A stretch of DNA of 25,733 nucleotides from a virus (lineage: Duplodnaviria > Caudoviricetes), in the IMG/VR virus record IMGVR_UViG_3300037608_000028, positions 1 to 25,733 of that record; one strand, 5' to 3'. The position numbers and the translations under genes were made by a program. Positions within the stretch are counted from its first letter, which is position 1; each line of letters starts with the position of its first letter. The notes beneath the pieces were generated by a model. The model did not search any database. It worked only from the letters and a program-made list of their open reading frames with translations, and had not been told where the DNA came from. Of this stretch, positions 1 through 8,275 are shown one piece after another.

Positions 1-202
1 GGGCCTTCTCCATCAGGGTCCATCCTGCCTCAGCAACCTTCTCACTGAGAGGAAGATCCCCGAGGAGAGCCTTTCGGATCTTGTCGTCCTTATCTCTCGC
101 GAGGCCCCCTATGAGCATCCCGAGGCCCTCACCGATTCCGTCGAGCGGCGACCTCCCACGAAGGTCGATGACATTACCGGGACCTAGAGTCGAGACGGCC
201 AT
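1..202 (-). CDS. Partial CDS running off the left edge; probable internal virion/ejection protein (MAVSTLGPGNVIDLRGRSPLDGIGEGLGMLIGGL...)
   Basis: Manual translation: ATG at 202 with GGAG 5 nt upstream, frame open to base 1. Position after the GNAT and a Gly/Met-rich ORF fits podovirus ejection genes. Confidence 0.6.
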   Translation of the reverse strand, partial: MAVSTLGPGNVIDLRGRSPLDGIGEGLGMLIGGLARDKDDKIRKALLGDLPLSEKVAEAGWTLMEKA

Positions 203-215
203 GTGTTCTCCAGTT

Positions 216-236
216 GAAATTTACCCGGTAAAGATC
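216..236. promoter_or_regulatory. 21-bp palindromic operator-like site, copy 1 (GAAATTTAC-CCG-GTAAAGATC)
   Basis: One of four related AT-rich palindromes at gene boundaries; overlaps the stop codon of ORF 235-804. Confidence 0.6.
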
Positions 237-804
237 ACGCGCCGCCACCCGCAGCCATCCCACCAGCCTTGATGAGTTCGCTGATGAGTGTCATCCAAGG
301 ATTGTCTGTCACAAACTGATTCTCCGGCAAGATCCCGAGCCCAGCGAAGTCGTAGAAGGGCTGAAGGTTCTGAGCTGCCATGTCTCCTTGCATCCCAATG
401 CCCTTGAGCAGATTCGCCTGCTCACCAAGGAAGAGCCTTGAGATTTGGTCGTTCAATCCAATATTCGCTTCGTTCCGAACCCGGCCTTCTTCTCGAAGCA
501 TGGGCGTCCCGAACCGGTTCCCCATCGCACTCATGCCCTCTCGGGTCTTCGCGACGTCCTTCTCTGTCTGAAGTCCGAAGGCCTCTCTCAAGGGTCCCAT
601 CAACTCGTTGAACATCTCAGGGCTCTGCCGATCCTTGATGAATCCACTCAAGCTCGACTCTGCTTCTTTGCCGGACGCTGACATCGGTGAGCCCATGTTC
701 CCGCCGGCAATGGCTTGCCTCAACAGATTGAGCACATCCTGGCTGAGGGGGGTTGCCTGCGACTTGGGCTGCTGAGTGTTGATGTCTGGCTTCAAGAACC
801 CCAT
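235..804 (-). CDS. Probable internal virion (DNA ejection/pilot) protein, 189 aa
   Basis: Gly/Met/Gln-rich, helical-looking, C-terminal GGMAAGGGA. Lies downstream of nozzle and GNAT as in podovirus gene order. GGAGG upstream. Confidence 0.55.
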   Translation of the reverse strand: MGFLKPDINTQQPKSQATPLSQDVLNLLRQAIAGGNMGSPMSASGKEAESSLSGFIKDRQSPEMFNELMGPLREAFGLQTEKDVAKTREGMSAMGNRFGTPMLREEGRVRNEANIGLNDQISRLFLGEQANLLKGIGMQGDMAAQNLQPFYDFAGLGILPENQFVTDNPWMTLISELIKAGGMAAGGGA

Positions 805-1343
805 GACCCTACCTCCTCCTCAAGGATGCTATAGACGTTGCAATCCCACCACTCCCCATTATACCATGCTGCTTTCCTCATCCGGCCTTCTTTGATGAGT
901 CCTATCCCTTCCATTGCGTGTATGGTCGGCATCGCGTAGAGTGGGACCTCAGCAATGATACGGTGGAAACCGAACTCCTTGAACGTATGGGCAATCATCG
1001 CCCGGATCAAATCTCGACGGCCCCGGAACCGGCGGTCCCAGAACGTAAAGTGGCCGGTCGCTTGATATGCCGGGTAGATGTCCGTCAGGAAGAAGATCCC
1101 GATGTCGTCGACCTCCCACACGATGCCGTTGGGCCTCAAGCTCCCGTCGGGATTCTGTGAGATGAACGTGTTGATGAAGTCGTCGATCCCCTGGATATGG
1201 CGATTGAAGAGGATGGGGAACTGAGATAGCTTCTCCCAGAGGAACCTCATGTTCTCGACGGAGAGGGGCATGAGCCTCACGCTTCGGATGATCTCACCTT
1301 CCGGTTCTTGGCACTCCACTTGCAGGATTGCTTCCATGATCAT
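792..1343 (-). CDS. GNAT (RimJ/RimL-like) acetyltransferase-fold protein
   Basis: C-terminal FKEFGFHRIIAEV...MEGIGLIKEGRMRKAAWYNGEWWDCNVYSIL is a typical RimJ/RimL signature. Start moved to the ATG at 1343, which overlaps the upstream TGA. Confidence 0.8.
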   Translation of the reverse strand: MIMEAILQVECQEPEGEIIRSVRLMPLSVENMRFLWEKLSQFPILFNRHIQGIDDFINTFISQNPDGSLRPNGIVWEVDDIGIFFLTDIYPAYQATGHFTFWDRRFRGRRDLIRAMIAHTFKEFGFHRIIAEVPLYAMPTIHAMEGIGLIKEGRMRKAAWYNGEWWDCNVYSILEEEVGSWGS

Positions 1344-2641
1344 CCTTTCCTTCGGCTCTCGCGCTCGACTAATTGCGCTTGCCACTCGAATAGGTGAACC
1401 GGGATGGCCCCGGAGAACTCGACCTTGAAGCGAACGTCTGAACCCGTGACGTTGAAGTGGGTCCTGATCCAGCGGATTGATTGGTCAGCCCCAAAGAGGG
1501 GGGTGAAGGTCATGATTGCATCCTTCCAGGTCTGACCTCCATTCCCAGATCCATAGACCTTGATGATCGTGGTGTCGTCAGCCTTGTAGCGGAACAGGAC
1601 CTCCACGAGTGTATAGTCACACTGGCGCTTGGTCCGGTTGAGGGTTGGTGATACCCAATAGGCTCCGCTCGACACCACGGTTGCACGGTCGAGCCGGTAT
1701 ACGATCTTGGCTGGGGTTGCATAGAGGACGTGCTTGCCCTCAACGATCACAGGTCGGGAGATGGTGCGTGAGTGCCTATGCCATGCAAGGGTCCTCAACG
1801 ACACCAGCTTCTCCATGTCAATCGACCATGTCGCTGCTCCGAGCCCCGTGCCATAGACCGTGATCTGACACGTCCAGACCTGAGTTGCAAAGGTGTTGTT
1901 GGTCGCTTGGATGGAGAAGATATAAGTTCCATCTGCCGCCGTGATCTCTCCTTCAGCTGCACTCAGCTCGCCGGTTGCGGAGTCAAGGACGATCCCCGTC
2001 GGGAGGGCCCCAGCGACCACAGACCAGACATAGGGAGTCTCAGGTGGAGCAGCCGTTGCAACCCAAAGCTCAACAGCGTGAGCAATGATCCGGTATGATC
2101 CTCCAGAAGGGTAATAGGTCGTATCCGTATACGAGGTTGGGTTCGCCATATCCCATGCCCCAATATAACTCCCGGCCCCATTTCCTGAGCTTCGATTCGT
2201 ATGTCCTGCAAGCGCCCCTGCGTACATCGAGGTATCCCCTGCTATTCCAGCAAAGGTCACAACCCAAGAGGTCCCATCGGTATGGGAGAGACTCAAGTTT
2301 GGAGTATCAAGCGTCCCTGCTGTTGCTGCCCCTGTCGCCTTCACTCCAATCACGGTTGTCCAGTCCATCCCTCGATAGACACAGACTTGAATCGAAGTTG
2401 CACCAGTCCAGATCCCAACGGTAGTCTCGGCTCCGGTTAGAACCTTGTAACCGACACGTTGAGCACAATATGAGGTTGCAGCAATCGTTCCAACGTCCGT
2501 CCATCCACTCGGAAGTGTTGGGGCTGTTCCTGAGCCAAGAACAAAGGCATGAACAATCGCAACATCATATGCTGCAATCCCTGCCGGCATATCACAAGTT
2601 GCGGCAGCAGCAAACTCATGCCCAACGAATGAGATGTTCAT
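1340..2641 (-). CDS. Chimeric virion protein: beta-rich N-terminal domain, partial putative Ig domain, then C-terminal part of a nozzle/stabilisation (gp10-like) protein
   Basis: PYVWSVVAGALPTGIVLDSATGELS resembles a He_PIG Ig repeat. The C-terminus (YWVSPTLN, VYGSGNGGQTW, DVRFKVEFSG) resembles gp10-like C-termini. Confidence 0.6.
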   Translation of the reverse strand: MNISFVGHEFAAAATCDMPAGIAAYDVAIVHAFVLGSGTAPTLPSGWTDVGTIAATSYCAQRVGYKVLTGAETTVGIWTGATSIQVCVYRGMDWTTVIGVKATGAATAGTLDTPNLSLSHTDGTSWVVTFAGIAGDTSMYAGALAGHTNRSSGNGAGSYIGAWDMANPTSYTDTTYYPSGGSYRIIAHAVELWVATAAPPETPYVWSVVAGALPTGIVLDSATGELSAAEGEITAADGTYIFSIQATNNTFATQVWTCQITVYGTGLGAATWSIDMEKLVSLRTLAWHRHSRTISRPVIVEGKHVLYATPAKIVYRLDRATVVSSGAYWVSPTLNRTKRQCDYTLVEVLFRYKADDTTIIKVYGSGNGGQTWKDAIMTFTPLFGADQSIRWIRTHFNVTGSDVRFKVEFSGAIPVHLFEWQAQLVERESRRKG

Positions 2642-3651
2642 CAGATGCTCGGGACGGTGGATTCGATCTGGTAGCTATATGCCTCACCACGCTTGGCGTT
2701 TGGGAGAGGACAGAGCGAAGTGATGTTGACGGCGTCGGGGATGTATGCGGGGTTCCCTACCGGGTCGAGAGAAACTGAGATCATGTCAACGTAGGTCTTT
2801 ATTGGTTGATTATCTTGTCCGTCGTAACAAGGATCATACCAAGCTGACCTATCATTGTTTGTAGAAACAAACCCAACAGCACCAGCAACTTGAGGCCAAT
2901 ACATATTGATGACATCGACATTCTTGACGTGCCAGATTGCAGACTCAGGATCACCAGATACCCATGTCCTAAAACTAACCCTACCGTTGACTACCCTAAA
3001 GCGAGCCATCGTATACCTATCTACGACAAAACCCCTTTGGTAGTTAGAGTAACAAGTACCCCCTCCTGGTTGGGGAACACTTATATTAGAAGGACTATCT
3101 TTAGCGTAGGTTCCCGTATAACCTACAGTATAAGGAGAATAGACTTGAGGAAAACCAATTTCAGACGACTCTCCATTTCCACTCAATAGAGCGACCCTAG
3201 ACCCATCACCCCTTGTATGAAGCTGGGCTGCCCAATCAGGATATTCAGTCGTTTTGTATCCAAGTGAGCAGAAGAACTCACAAGTTTGAACATAAGCTGA
3301 GCATTGAACTCCAAGACCTACACCACTAATTCCGTTAGCACCCCCCTCTACAATCCGTCCCCCTGGACCACCAAAGATGGCAAATGGATTGTACTGTTCA
3401 CTCTCCCCCGAGGCTCTAAACCTCATTACAACCTCAAACTCCTCAGGACTACCTGCAATGTCTAGACCTAAACCCGTATTGTAGAGGTTGATGAATGAAA
3501 GTGCTCTTCCACCATATGCTTTTTCATCAGAGATGACAGTCACTGTGCCATCTCCATACTTCGTCCAACCCTCCGGCACAATTGCCCCAAGCGCCGCATC
3601 ATAGAAGGTGTCATACCACGACACCCCAGCAACAACCTCAATGACTGCCAT
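2641..3651 (-). CDS. ConA/lectin-like beta-sandwich virion protein ending in the start of an Ig domain; possible receptor-binding module
   Basis: Motifs FEVVMRFR, MARFRVVNGRVSFRTWVSGDPE..W and YVDMISV. Ends ITSLCPLPNAKRGEAYSYQIEST. GGAGG 7 nt upstream of the ATG. Visibly AT-richer than its neighbours. Confidence 0.55.
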   Translation of the reverse strand: MAVIEVVAGVSWYDTFYDAALGAIVPEGWTKYGDGTVTVISDEKAYGGRALSFINLYNTGLGLDIAGSPEEFEVVMRFRASGESEQYNPFAIFGGPGGRIVEGGANGISGVGLGVQCSAYVQTCEFFCSLGYKTTEYPDWAAQLHTRGDGSRVALLSGNGESSEIGFPQVYSPYTVGYTGTYAKDSPSNISVPQPGGGTCYSNYQRGFVVDRYTMARFRVVNGRVSFRTWVSGDPESAIWHVKNVDVINMYWPQVAGAVGFVSTNNDRSAWYDPCYDGQDNQPIKTYVDMISVSLDPVGNPAYIPDAVNITSLCPLPNAKRGEAYSYQIESTVPSI

Positions 3652-5486
3652 CAGTGATCCTCCGGGATTGAGAGGATATATTCCTGGGTCACCGGATCGT
3701 AGACCGCCTCGACATCCGCTGGTGTGTCGATGGCGAACTTCTCGTTGATAGGAGAGCCGATGGCCTGATGTCCTGACTCTGTGAGCAGATAGATTTGACG
3801 GTCATGCCCAAGGAAGATGATGCCATAGGGCGTTGTAACGACAGAGAACGGACTCTCGGTTCCAAGCTTCTCGATCCAGGGATAGAAGGCAAGGGCCGGA
3901 TTCACGAGGCCTGTTGGCACAACTCTCATGATCGACCGCTGACGGAAGAGGACTCCGACATCTGAGGCCAACGACTTGAGGGCCATGACCGGGTCGATGG
4001 GGTCACTTCGAGAGATGATGGGAGAAAGGGCTGTGTCTCCAGACCCATTCCCAATCCAGTCAAGTGGATCCCCATTCACAGACCACCGGACCCGTTGGGG
4101 GTCGCCGTCGGACTGAAGCACAACTAGTCGGTCTGCGATGACCCCAAGATATCTACCCCGAACCACTGGATCCGTTGGCTCAATCGTGTCTCTCACAAAG
4201 AGGAGATCGTTCTGCTCAACCCCTACGAGCGAGTACTCGATCCCATAGTTCGCATCGGAGTCCGTAACCTTATTGAATCCATGAACCGCGACCTCGAACT
4301 TCTCCTCCCACTCCACATAGCTCCAAGCAAAGGTGTGAGAGGATGGAGTCTCATCAATCACGATCTTGAACCCCACAACATCCGCAACATCCTCATCTGC
4401 AATGAGGTCCTCGACATACGCCACTCCACAGTTATATGTCGAGGCCGTATGTGCGAGAAGATAGCCTACGCCATCATAGTCAAAATAGATGTCGATTTTG
4501 AGTCCCGTCCCCGTACCTCCAATGTGGAACTTGAAGGTATAGGTCTTGAGATAGGCTTCCCTAAGTGGAGTCTTTGGGGTTGCTTCCCAGACGTTCGTCG
4601 TGCTCACGCGCGTGAGCGTCTGAAGGCGTGTGACACTTGGAGCATAGATGGTCTTGATCTTGAGAGAAACGGGATCACCGTCTGCAATGTTTCGAACAAC
4701 GGTGATTGGGATGTTCGCGAACGTAGAAACACGATCTGTATCCGAGCTTTGAGCGATCCACTTCATGACACTGAAAAGCTCAAGTCCCATGTGCTCAACT
4801 GAGATGGTGACGTAGCCGCCCTCCTCAGAGGGTCCCGTGACTACGAGTGAGCAATGGACCACATACGTATACAACAGCGCACCGGCTGGAGTGACAGTGA
4901 CATCTACAGACTCACCCTCAGCAACAAGCAGGTTCGTGGTCGGGAAGTCATTCCCCTCGTCTGGGATGAGTGTTGAGCGGTCCCAACGGAAGATGCCCTG
5001 AGCTGTCCCATCTGCAAAGAACACCTGGTTGAAGAAGGACTCCCAGGAAAGCAGGGTGTCACTGATGACAACGCTATCTGTCCCCCCACCTGAAACCTCG
5101 TTCACCCACTCCCAATTCGCCGGGTCCGGGTCCGAGTCATCCAGAGAGTCAATGACTGCAAGGTCTGGATCTGCGTTGTCATGGTACAGCCTGAAGATTT
5201 TCTCATAGAGAGTCGTCTGTGCAACAACGAACCTGTGCTCTCCAAGAGCATATATCTTCTGTCCAGCGACTGCCGTTGCGTCCCCAAGCTGGAGCACACT
5301 ATAGTCCGCCCGTAGCGCCCCAAACTCGACGCGAACCTTATCATGCTTTGGAGACTGGTTCAACTCGATCTGTTGAGCACCTTTTGCGAGGATCATCCCA
5401 CCTTCGAAGGTCCCGCTCACGATCTCGGGATCCCTTGAGGGTGGAGCCACAAACTCGACGTTTGCTCCCCGGTATTTGTTGTTCAT
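3651..5486 (-). CDS. Tail nozzle/packaged-DNA stabilisation protein (P22 gp10-like beta-propeller), N-terminal part
   Basis: Motifs NQVFFADG..IFRWD, RYLGVIADRLV, RVRWSVNGDPLDW..GSG, GTESPFSVV...GIIFLG..IYLL..AIG.PI and AVYDP. Located after the adaptor genes. Confidence 0.7.
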   Translation of the reverse strand: MNNKYRGANVEFVAPPSRDPEIVSGTFEGGMILAKGAQQIELNQSPKHDKVRVEFGALRADYSVLQLGDATAVAGQKIYALGEHRFVVAQTTLYEKIFRLYHDNADPDLAVIDSLDDSDPDPANWEWVNEVSGGGTDSVVISDTLLSWESFFNQVFFADGTAQGIFRWDRSTLIPDEGNDFPTTNLLVAEGESVDVTVTPAGALLYTYVVHCSLVVTGPSEEGGYVTISVEHMGLELFSVMKWIAQSSDTDRVSTFANIPITVVRNIADGDPVSLKIKTIYAPSVTRLQTLTRVSTTNVWEATPKTPLREAYLKTYTFKFHIGGTGTGLKIDIYFDYDGVGYLLAHTASTYNCGVAYVEDLIADEDVADVVGFKIVIDETPSSHTFAWSYVEWEEKFEVAVHGFNKVTDSDANYGIEYSLVGVEQNDLLFVRDTIEPTDPVVRGRYLGVIADRLVVLQSDGDPQRVRWSVNGDPLDWIGNGSGDTALSPIISRSDPIDPVMALKSLASDVGVLFRQRSIMRVVPTGLVNPALAFYPWIEKLGTESPFSVVTTPYGIIFLGHDRQIYLLTESGHQAIGSPINEKFAIDTPADVEAVYDPVTQEYILSIPEDH

Positions 5487-5689
5487 GGAGTCTCCAGCGC
5501 CGTCACACGAGCATCGAGAGCATCGATCTGGGCCTGGAAATCCTCGATGACGTCAGCAAGAGTCGATCCATCGACGAGAGGGACTCCGTACTTCCAGCCC
5601 TCTTCACCAAAGACGATGGTATCTCCAATCGACGGGGATTGTCCACCTGTGAGGGCCCTGAGCAGTTGCTCAACCTCAACCTTATTCAT
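5483..5689 (-). CDS. Small virion protein with a C-terminal coiled coil (68 aa), possibly needle/plug-like
   Basis: ATG at 5689 overlaps the previous gene's end. Heptad FQAQIDALDARVTALE. The longer 146-aa track ORF overlaps the adaptor gene. Confidence 0.55.
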   Translation of the reverse strand: MNKVEVEQLLRALTGGQSPSIGDTIVFGEEGWKYGVPLVDGSTLADVIEDFQAQIDALDARVTALETP

Positions 5690-6326
5690 CTGAGATCCTT
5701 GCGGGATCAGCGTTGACATCCGCCCATTCCCACGCGACCTCAAGACCACCATGAGGAACGTCAGCGGAAATATCCTCTTCCTTCTTCCGAGAGGAGGCAT
5801 AGCCGAGGAAGCGACCAAGCCACCGATCCGCGACGTCGTTGTCACCAAGGGAGAGGAACCCGTGGTGAGTCGCCAACATGATGATGCCGTTGTCCCAATT
5901 CGCAGGGAGGGGGCTCTTGTCACCAGGAGCTACGAGCCTTGCGGGGGTCTTGATGTACTCAAGATCCAAGGTATAGGCCGTGTCAGGCTCAGGCCACAGG
6001 ACGAGGCTGTCCCCTCGCTTGAGATAGAAGGTTGGCTGTGAGGGGTCGAGATCTTCGTAGCTTGGGAGCCGGCGAGCCTTGAGGAGCCTCTTTCCGTCGA
6101 TCTCAAGAGTCACGACTCCAAGCATATCCTCAGGATAGGAGTAGGAGGTCACGCCATCGAGAATCGCGATGCTCGTGGAGACTCGGAACTCGTCGAAGAG
6201 GATATAGGACGCCAGGTTCAAGAGCCCGAAGTTCACCCACAACTTGAGCCTATCCGGGGCTGGTGCCTTTCCTCCAAGGTTCAGTGACAACTCAACTGTC
6301 ATCTCTTCAAGCGTCATGTATCCCAT
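5682..6326 (-). CDS. Head-tail adaptor/tail tubular protein A-like, paralog 2
   Basis: MTL.E, WVN.G, SYSYP, P.FY...LVLWPEPD..YTL.LEY...P.L and P.W...I..A pattern typical of phage adaptor proteins. Confidence 0.7.
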   Translation of the reverse strand: MGYMTLEEMTVELSLNLGGKAPAPDRLKLWVNFGLLNLASYILFDEFRVSTSIAILDGVTSYSYPEDMLGVVTLEIDGKRLLKARRLPSYEDLDPSQPTFYLKRGDSLVLWPEPDTAYTLDLEYIKTPARLVAPGDKSPLPANWDNGIIMLATHHGFLSLGDNDVADRWLGRFLGYASSRKKEEDISADVPHGGLEVAWEWADVNADPARISDE

Positions 6327-6329
6327 GAT

Positions 6330-6992
6330 TTAACCTCCCTGACCCTGCATTGATGCGAGCCTCTTTTGGAGGTTTGCACCCGAGGGCGGAAGCGAGGCCC
6401 CGAGTCCACTTGCCTCGGCGTGGAGGTCGGCCTCGGTGATCCGGGTCTGGATGTAGGTGATGGCACGAGAGAGCCATGCAACACTTCGCTGCTCATCACC
6501 GAGAGCGAGAAGCGCATGATGCACAGAGAGCTGGAAGATTGCCGGGTCCCAAATGTCAGGGAACACCGACACGTCCACCGCCGTTGTGAATCGAGCAGGT
6601 GGAGTCTTGAACACAACAAACAAGCTATAGACCCCATCAGGAACCGGTGAGAGATAGATCAGGTCCTTGTGTCGGGTCCAGTTCTTCGGCTCGCTTGTGA
6701 TGGTCACACTCCTTCGCATCAGCTCGGCCTTCGGAACCCAACCAAGGAGGTTGTCACTCGTGTTGTTTCGGATGAGCTTGACCACCATCGAGTTTGCAGG
6801 TGAAGCGATCGTCTGCGTTGCATCGACGGTTGCAGTCGTCTCATCGTCATCAAGGACCTCGAAGTCCACACTACCTGCGAGGTCATGATATCCATAGTTG
6901 ATCCAACGATCCAGCCTCGGGTTGTCGAAGCCCCGGTCGCCTAGCGCACTCTGAACGTCCGTGCGGAAGTCATCCAAAGTCATGTATCCCAT
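6330..6992 (-). CDS. Head-tail adaptor/tail tubular protein A-like, paralog 1
   Basis: Same motif series (WINYG, IYLSPVPDGVYSL, FPDIWD.AI) and collinear with 5682-6326. Confidence 0.7.
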   Translation of the reverse strand: MGYMTLDDFRTDVQSALGDRGFDNPRLDRWINYGYHDLAGSVDFEVLDDDETTATVDATQTIASPANSMVVKLIRNNTSDNLLGWVPKAELMRRSVTITSEPKNWTRHKDLIYLSPVPDGVYSLFVVFKTPPARFTTAVDVSVFPDIWDPAIFQLSVHHALLALGDEQRSVAWLSRAITYIQTRITEADLHAEASGLGASLPPSGANLQKRLASMQGQGG

Positions 6993-6993
6993 C

Positions 6994-7269
6994 TCACGAC
7001 CCTCCCTGAGCTTCGACGAGAATGGTGATGAAACTGAGACCCTCTATCTCACCCACGTGAGCCCTGACACTCCACCCGGTCAGGACCTCACCCAACCCAA
7101 CGAACCTCGTCCCCCGAGGAGACTCGACCTCGAGCCTGATCTGGCCGTTTAGCTTCACAGAAACAGGCCGAGCCTCCACGGAGGACTCCCAAGCACTCGC
7201 ATCCGAGATGCGAACCCACGGTCCAACAACTGGAGGAGTGGCACCGAGTACAAGAGCCTTTGCCCGCAT
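6994..7269 (-). CDS. Hypothetical small virion protein, 91 aa
   Basis: GGAGG upstream; fills the operon without overlap; beta-rich. Confidence 0.6.
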   Translation of the reverse strand: MRAKALVLGATPPVVGPWVRISDASAWESSVEARPVSVKLNGQIRLEVESPRGTRFVGLGEVLTGWSVRAHVGEIEGLSFITILVEAQGGS

Positions 7270-7294
7270 ATATCCTCCCTGAGAGTCAGGCGAA

Positions 7295-8263
7295 CTACGT
7301 CGTTGCCGTCAGCACAGCCTCGCCACCCGTGGTAGCAGGGGAGCCGGCTGTCGTGTAGATCCCCCGCGCCGTAGCACAGGTGTCGGTCACGTTGATCGAC
7401 CAGCTGTCCCTGAGCAGGATCATGCCGTCGGTCAGGGCAGCACCGCTCCCAAACACGAGAGCCTGCGTAGCCGAGGAGAGCTTGTCGTTCCAGAACAAGC
7501 ACCGGTCGAACAGCATCATCCGCTCGACATCGGTCGCCGTCGTGATCTTGACATGGACACCCGTCGTTGCGCTGGTCTTGTGCTGAAGGATGCACTTCTC
7601 GAACGTGACATCCCTTGCCACCTTCCCTGCGATGGTCTCACGAGTGAGCAACACGCACCCACGGGCAACGGACTTCGTGTAGATGTTGTTCCCGATGCCG
7701 CACCTGTAGTAGAAACTCGTGTCGCCATTGCAGAGAAGCTCTGCCGCCGTGACCTGGTTGAGGTCCTCGTCCTTTTCCAGGTTGACGTGATCGAGAACCG
7801 TGTACTCACCCCCATCCGCGAGCGCGAAGAGGCTCGTTGCAAGGGAGTCAGTGGAACGGATCTTGAGGTTGTGGAGCGAGACCCCAACTCCGGTGATCGT
7901 GACGGCTGCGATAGCCGTCCCGGTTGTGAGGCCCATCTCCAGCCGAGTCCGATGCCCGAAGATCCGACCATCACCTCCAGCACCGGCCCCAGGGTCGGCT
8001 CCGAAGATGTGGACTCGGTTCTTTGCGATGAGCAACTCGTCCGACAGAGGATGAGCCGAGTTCGCTGACAGGATCAGGCAATCGTGCCGGTTTGTCCGAA
8101 GTGCGTCGTACCCCTGCTCCACGGTCTTGAAGGGCTTGTCCATGTTGGACCCATCATACCCATCACTCCCGTGGTTGTAGTCCACGAAGAACGTGCGGCC
8201 GAAGGTCGAGGGAAGCCTACCTCCCATCGTCCCGAAGCCGAAAGGCCCGTGCTCGCGACTCAT
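7295..8263 (-). CDS. Pectin-lyase-like beta-helix virion protein (possible capsid fibre)
   Basis: FFVD..GSDG.DG...KPFKTV..G motif typical of beta-helix N-termini, then F..C repeats. AGGAGG upstream. Directly follows the major capsid gene. Confidence 0.6.
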   Translation of the reverse strand: MSREHGPFGFGTMGGRLPSTFGRTFFVDYNHGSDGYDGSNMDKPFKTVEQGYDALRTNRHDCLILSANSAHPLSDELLIAKNRVHIFGADPGAGAGGDGRIFGHRTRLEMGLTTGTAIAAVTITGVGVSLHNLKIRSTDSLATSLFALADGGEYTVLDHVNLEKDEDLNQVTAAELLCNGDTSFYYRCGIGNNIYTKSVARGCVLLTRETIAGKVARDVTFEKCILQHKTSATTGVHVKITTATDVERMMLFDRCLFWNDKLSSATQALVFGSGAALTDGMILLRDSWSINVTDTCATARGIYTTAGSPATTGGEAVLTATT

Positions 8264-8275
8264 GATGACTCCTCC

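Noticed and set aside
2044-3651. Self-splicing intron or intein explaining the split nozzle
   Set aside because: The intervening DNA is fully coding for virion-type domains, with no homing endonuclease, reverse transcriptase or intein terminal motifs visible.
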